From: Torpedo marmorata
Lineage: Eukaryota
DNA: 64,000 nt
Assembly: GCA_977017645.1 (NCBI GenBank)
Contig: OZ360223.1
Coordinates: 193,316,001 to 193,380,000 of the forward strand
Direction: 5' to 3'
Shown: positions 60,221 to 64,000 of the stretch, piece by piece
Position numbering within the stretch: the stretch's first letter is position 1
How the letters are laid out: each line of letters opens with the position of its first letter
Program-made: the position numbers and the translations under genes
Notes under the pieces: model-generated
Database searches by the model: none
Seen by the model: the letters and a program-made list of their open reading frames with translations, nothing else
Told to the model about the DNA's origin: nothing

Positions 60221-60791
60221 CTGGGGCCTCCATGTCGATGCAATCACATAGAAGGTTTGCCAGCAGCTATACTTCATGGTGTTTGAGGAGATTTGGTATG
60301 TCACCATAGACTCTTGCAATTTATACAGGTGTACCATGGAGAGCATTCTGACTGGTTGCATCACGGTCTGGTATGGAGGTGCCAATGCACAGGACAGGAA
60401 AAGACTACAGAAAGTTGTGAACTCAGCCAACACCATCATGGGCATCAATCTTCACTCCATCGAGGACATCGACAAGAGGCAGTGTCTTAAGAAAGCAGCC
60501 TCTATCCTCAACGGCCCTCACCACCCAGGCCATGCCCTCTTCACACTGCTGCCATCAGGAAGGAGGTACAGGAGCCTGAAGACGAACAACCAGCGGTACA
60601 AAAACAGCTTCTTCCCCTCTGCCATCAGATTTCTGAATGGACAATGAACCACAGATACTACCTCACTTTCTCTTCTTTTGCACTAATTTATTTATTTTTA
60701 AAATGTAATTTACAGCAATATTTGCACCTGTGATTCTGCCGCAAAACAATTAATTTTGTGACACGTTCATGACAATAAATTCTGATTCTGA
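60221..60791 (+). mobile_element. Rex1/Babar LINE 3' fragment
   Basis: ORF 60276-60647 ESILTGCITVWYG..HPGHALFTLLPSGRRYRS; tail ttctgattctga. Confidence 0.9.
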
Positions 60792-61784
60792 AGCAGGACA
60801 CTAGCAAATGTAGTTTTGAGCTCTTCTCAGGCAGTCAATATGTCAATGTGATGAGCAGATTGAGCAGTGAGGCACATCAGTGGGTCATCAATGGATCAAA
60901 TCATTCCTTTTTTTCCATATTTCTTTCCCCTTGAAGTTTTCAGCAACTTTCATCAACTTCCTGCAGCTCCTAAATCTTTATTCAAAACAAAATGTTGATT
61001 CACTTTATAACAAATCATAGATCTGCTTCTAATCAAAAGAGGAACAGAAAAGAGACAAACAGCACTTGGACCTGTTGTCCTGTGACAAGATCAATCTTTC
61101 TCAACCTAAAATTGAGTTCGCCAACACCAAATTCTTGAATGAAAGATAAAAATTCTAGATCAAATACTAATTCACTGTATGAACAGAAACCATTAATCTC
61201 CTTGCAAACATTTTTTGGACACAAAACATCATACACACCATCATTAACTAAAGGAAGCTTTACATATTGCAAAAGCAAAGGTTGCCTTAAAAGAATAATT
61301 CCTCTTTGGAGAATTATTATTCTTTTTTTTTGTTCTCAGAGCTTCATTCTCAGAATGACTGGTGTGAAAGGATTCATGGATAATTAACAGTGAGAGTCTA
61401 TGTTGCAAATATTGTTTTCACAGTTAGAAATGTCTTCAAAGCAGCTGTTAAATCTTTATGGCAGAAGTGCTTTTAAGATCTCACAACCAATACAGAGGAG
61501 AGGCTACTATCATTCACTGGATAAGTGTATCCTGTTGGATGTTAATCCAGACTTCACAGCCAGTGTTTACTTGCAAGGACTGTCTTGGACACGATTCAAA
61601 CCTTCCAGTTTCTATTTAGAAATGGGTATAAAGCCAAAGATTTGCCTCGCCATTGTTGGAGAGGCTAGACGAGTCCCTTTCAGCCCCACTTTTGATACAT
61701 TGCCAGAAGCTGACTCGCACCTCACGTAGACACAAACATTTCATGGATTTAATCAAGAAAGAATTCTTCAGTGCTACATCCTGA

Positions 61785-62455
61785 AAGAAGAATATAAAAT
61801 CGCAAGGGGATAGATCAGGTGAATGGCTGCAGTTGTTTTCTCAGGGTTAGTCTAAAACTCGAAAGCAGAGATTGAAGTTGAGAGTGGAAGGGTTTAAAAG
61901 GGAACCAATGGGCACCTTTCTCACAGAGAGGGTGGTAGGTACGTGGAATGAGCTGCCAGAAAAAGTGGTAGAGGCAGATACAATTGCAACTTTCAAAATA
62001 AATTTAGACAGGTACATGGAAGGGAAAGGTTTAGAGCAGTGGTTTTCAAACTGCCCCCCTAAACTCATATTCCACCTTAAGAAATCCCTATGCCATAAGT
62101 GCTATGTGATTAGTAAGGGATTGCTTAAGGTGGTATGTGAGTGGGAAGGGAAGGTTGAGAGCCACTGCTCCAGACCCAATTGTTACTGAAATATTTTGCA
62201 TGAGAAAAATTGTCATTGGCCCATTTCCTTTGGAGTTATGTGCACATAACGAGTCAATTAGGTACGATGAAATCACAGAGCACTTACAGCATAGCGATTG
62301 CTTAAGGTGGAATGTGAGTTTAGGGGGGCAGTTTGAAAACCACTGGCTTAGAGAAACATTGGCCAAGTGCAGGTGAAGGGGACTGCCTTAGGTAGACAGG
62401 GGGCAGTTAAGACAAAAGGTATTTTTTTCTGAGTTGGTCAACTTCAACTCCATGA
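61785..62455 (+). mobile_element. CR1 3' fragment interrupted by a hAT MITE
   Basis: FLTERVVGTWNELPEKVVEADTIATFKINLDRYMEGKGLE; continues after 62353. Confidence 0.8.
62037..62345. mobile_element. hAT (Charlie-like) MITE
   Basis: About 75-bp TIRs starting CAGTGGTTTTCAAACT; 8-bp TSD gtttagag/gcttagag. Confidence 0.9.
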
Positions 62456-62531
62456 ATTCCCCCCCCCCACTGTCTAGATTTGTTACCTTCCCCCATCTCA
62501 TTTCATCTGCCCATCAGCCCTCCCTTATATG

Positions 62532-63494
62532 TGTTACGTACTCAGAGAGCAGCAATAGAAATTAGCCAAGACAGTGTTATATTTAAAATAATATTTTTAT
62601 TATTAATTACCAATAATATAACACCTTATCTAAACCTAACCCCCAACTATGCGCGAATATACTTATGTGGGTGTGGTTATGTGTGTGTGTGGCATATCCC
62701 AAACCATTACAGCTCAGGCATGATTCTGGAACGTCAGTTCAAAGTTCAGTCTCAGAAATCCAGTGTTGACACGCAGGCTTTAAATTGATGCAACAAAGTA
62801 GTCACGAAGTAGGTGGGAGAGACCGGGCGACAGACAGTAGTAAACTCACAAAATCCTTGTCGAGGTGCTTCCAGCGAAATGTCCTTTCAGACGAGTGGTA
62901 GTCAAAATTCCCATTTTCCTGGCGTAGGGGAAACGAGATGAGGGACTTTCACGATGCCTCCAGAACTCTTTCGTGGGTCAGCCGAAATGACCGTCACAAT
63001 GGTCACGATGGGGTTTAAACAAGTTCCCTTCAAAAGTGACCTTTCCTTTGGCCACACAAAGCCAATTCAGCACAGTATTCCTCAAAGAGCTGCTGCTCCT
63101 GTGCTGCTTCCTTAAAATGGCCCCTCTTTTGGTCACGGTATGATACACTAATTCCCCTTCAAAATGACCTTTCCTTTGGTCACGGTGGGGTTCACTAAGT
63201 CCACTAACAGGGAGAATAAAACAAATTGTCCATTACCACGTGGAGCCACTCCAGCACAGTCTCTTCAGAGAGCTTCTGCTCCAAGTGCTGTTTCTTTAAT
63301 ATGTTGGTCACATGGTCTCTGCACCTGTGTTGCAGGGGCACTTCCTCTCTTTTCAGAAGTAGCGAAAATGAGTACATACTGTCCCAGCCTGTCAACCCAC
63401 AGTCAATCTCCAAAGCTTGCAGGGCTTGCAGCTTGATTTGTTCTCTTAAAGTGACAGTCCCACTCAAATGAAAATGAACTGGGAGCACGTAATA
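62532..63494 (-). mobile_element. Solo LTR (963 bp), probably Gypsy
   Basis: Termini TGTTACGT...ACGTAATA (terminal CA mutated to TA); 4-bp TSD TATG (62528-62531 and 63495-63498); no coding capacity; inserted in a Penelope 3' remnant. Orientation inferred from AATAAA only. Confidence 0.8.
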
Positions 63495-64000
63495 TATGGT
63501 TCGACTTATCACCTTTCAGCCTTTATCACAACATTCCACTTCCCTATCTGGTGCCATCTGCCCACCATTGCCGTGTTCCACCTATCATCTACCAGCCTAA
63601 CAACCTATTTTCCCCTTTACACTCAGTCCTGATGCAGAGTCTCGTCTGAAACATTAACCTCCACAAATGCTGTTTGACCTACTGAATTCCTCCAGCAGTT
63701 TTTTTTTGCTCCAAATTTCCTGGTACATTTCAGTACAGAAAACAATGACTGCTTTTCAAAAAGAGTTGATAATTTGTGAAACACTAAGAACATCATGCAG
63801 GCAGTGAAAATTATTTGTTCCCAACAAAATGCTTTGCTGAAAAGTAATCAAAAACATTTCATCTCTTTTCAAGAATTCCCAGCTTAATTATTGCATTCAA
63901 ACTACAACTGGTAACCACCAAATTCCTGAAGTCAGAATGTCACCTACAAAAACAAGCTCCACAATTCTTTCAGAAATATTGTGAATTGACATTTCCAAGA

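Noticed and set aside
61400-61729. 109-aa plus-strand ORF, and a search here for the next upstream EPS15 exon (WVVS...LAHIW)
   Set aside because: No recognisable homology. I could not find that exon in 57564-64000, so it presumably lies beyond the window.

Overview
This is eukaryotic genomic DNA, most likely from a cartilaginous fish (shark or ray), judging by HE1/V-SINEs and the CR1, Rex1/Babar, L1 and Penelope repeats. There are no prokaryotic features. The window lies inside EPS15 on the minus strand. Five coding exons (EH3 end through the coiled coil; 151, 86, 73, 162 and 198 bp) splice into one open frame, and one intron of about 32 kb uses a GC-AG donor. The unique N-terminus of the EH-less isoform Eps15b is recognisably conserved, and I see further candidate alternative first exons and poison exons. 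The introns are packed with nested transposable elements, many with target-site duplications. The most unusual object is a BEL/Pao LTR element (14384-21070). Its RT, RNase H and integrase core is replaced by a coiled-coil ORF containing an apparently intronless piece of the host gene MIPOL1. Its Gag starts with an SLTM/SAFB-like SAP domain, and its LTRs carry promoter motifs plus an antisense splice donor. Together these suggest a non-autonomous retroelement that captured host mRNAs. All homology calls come from remembered protein sequences, not database searches.
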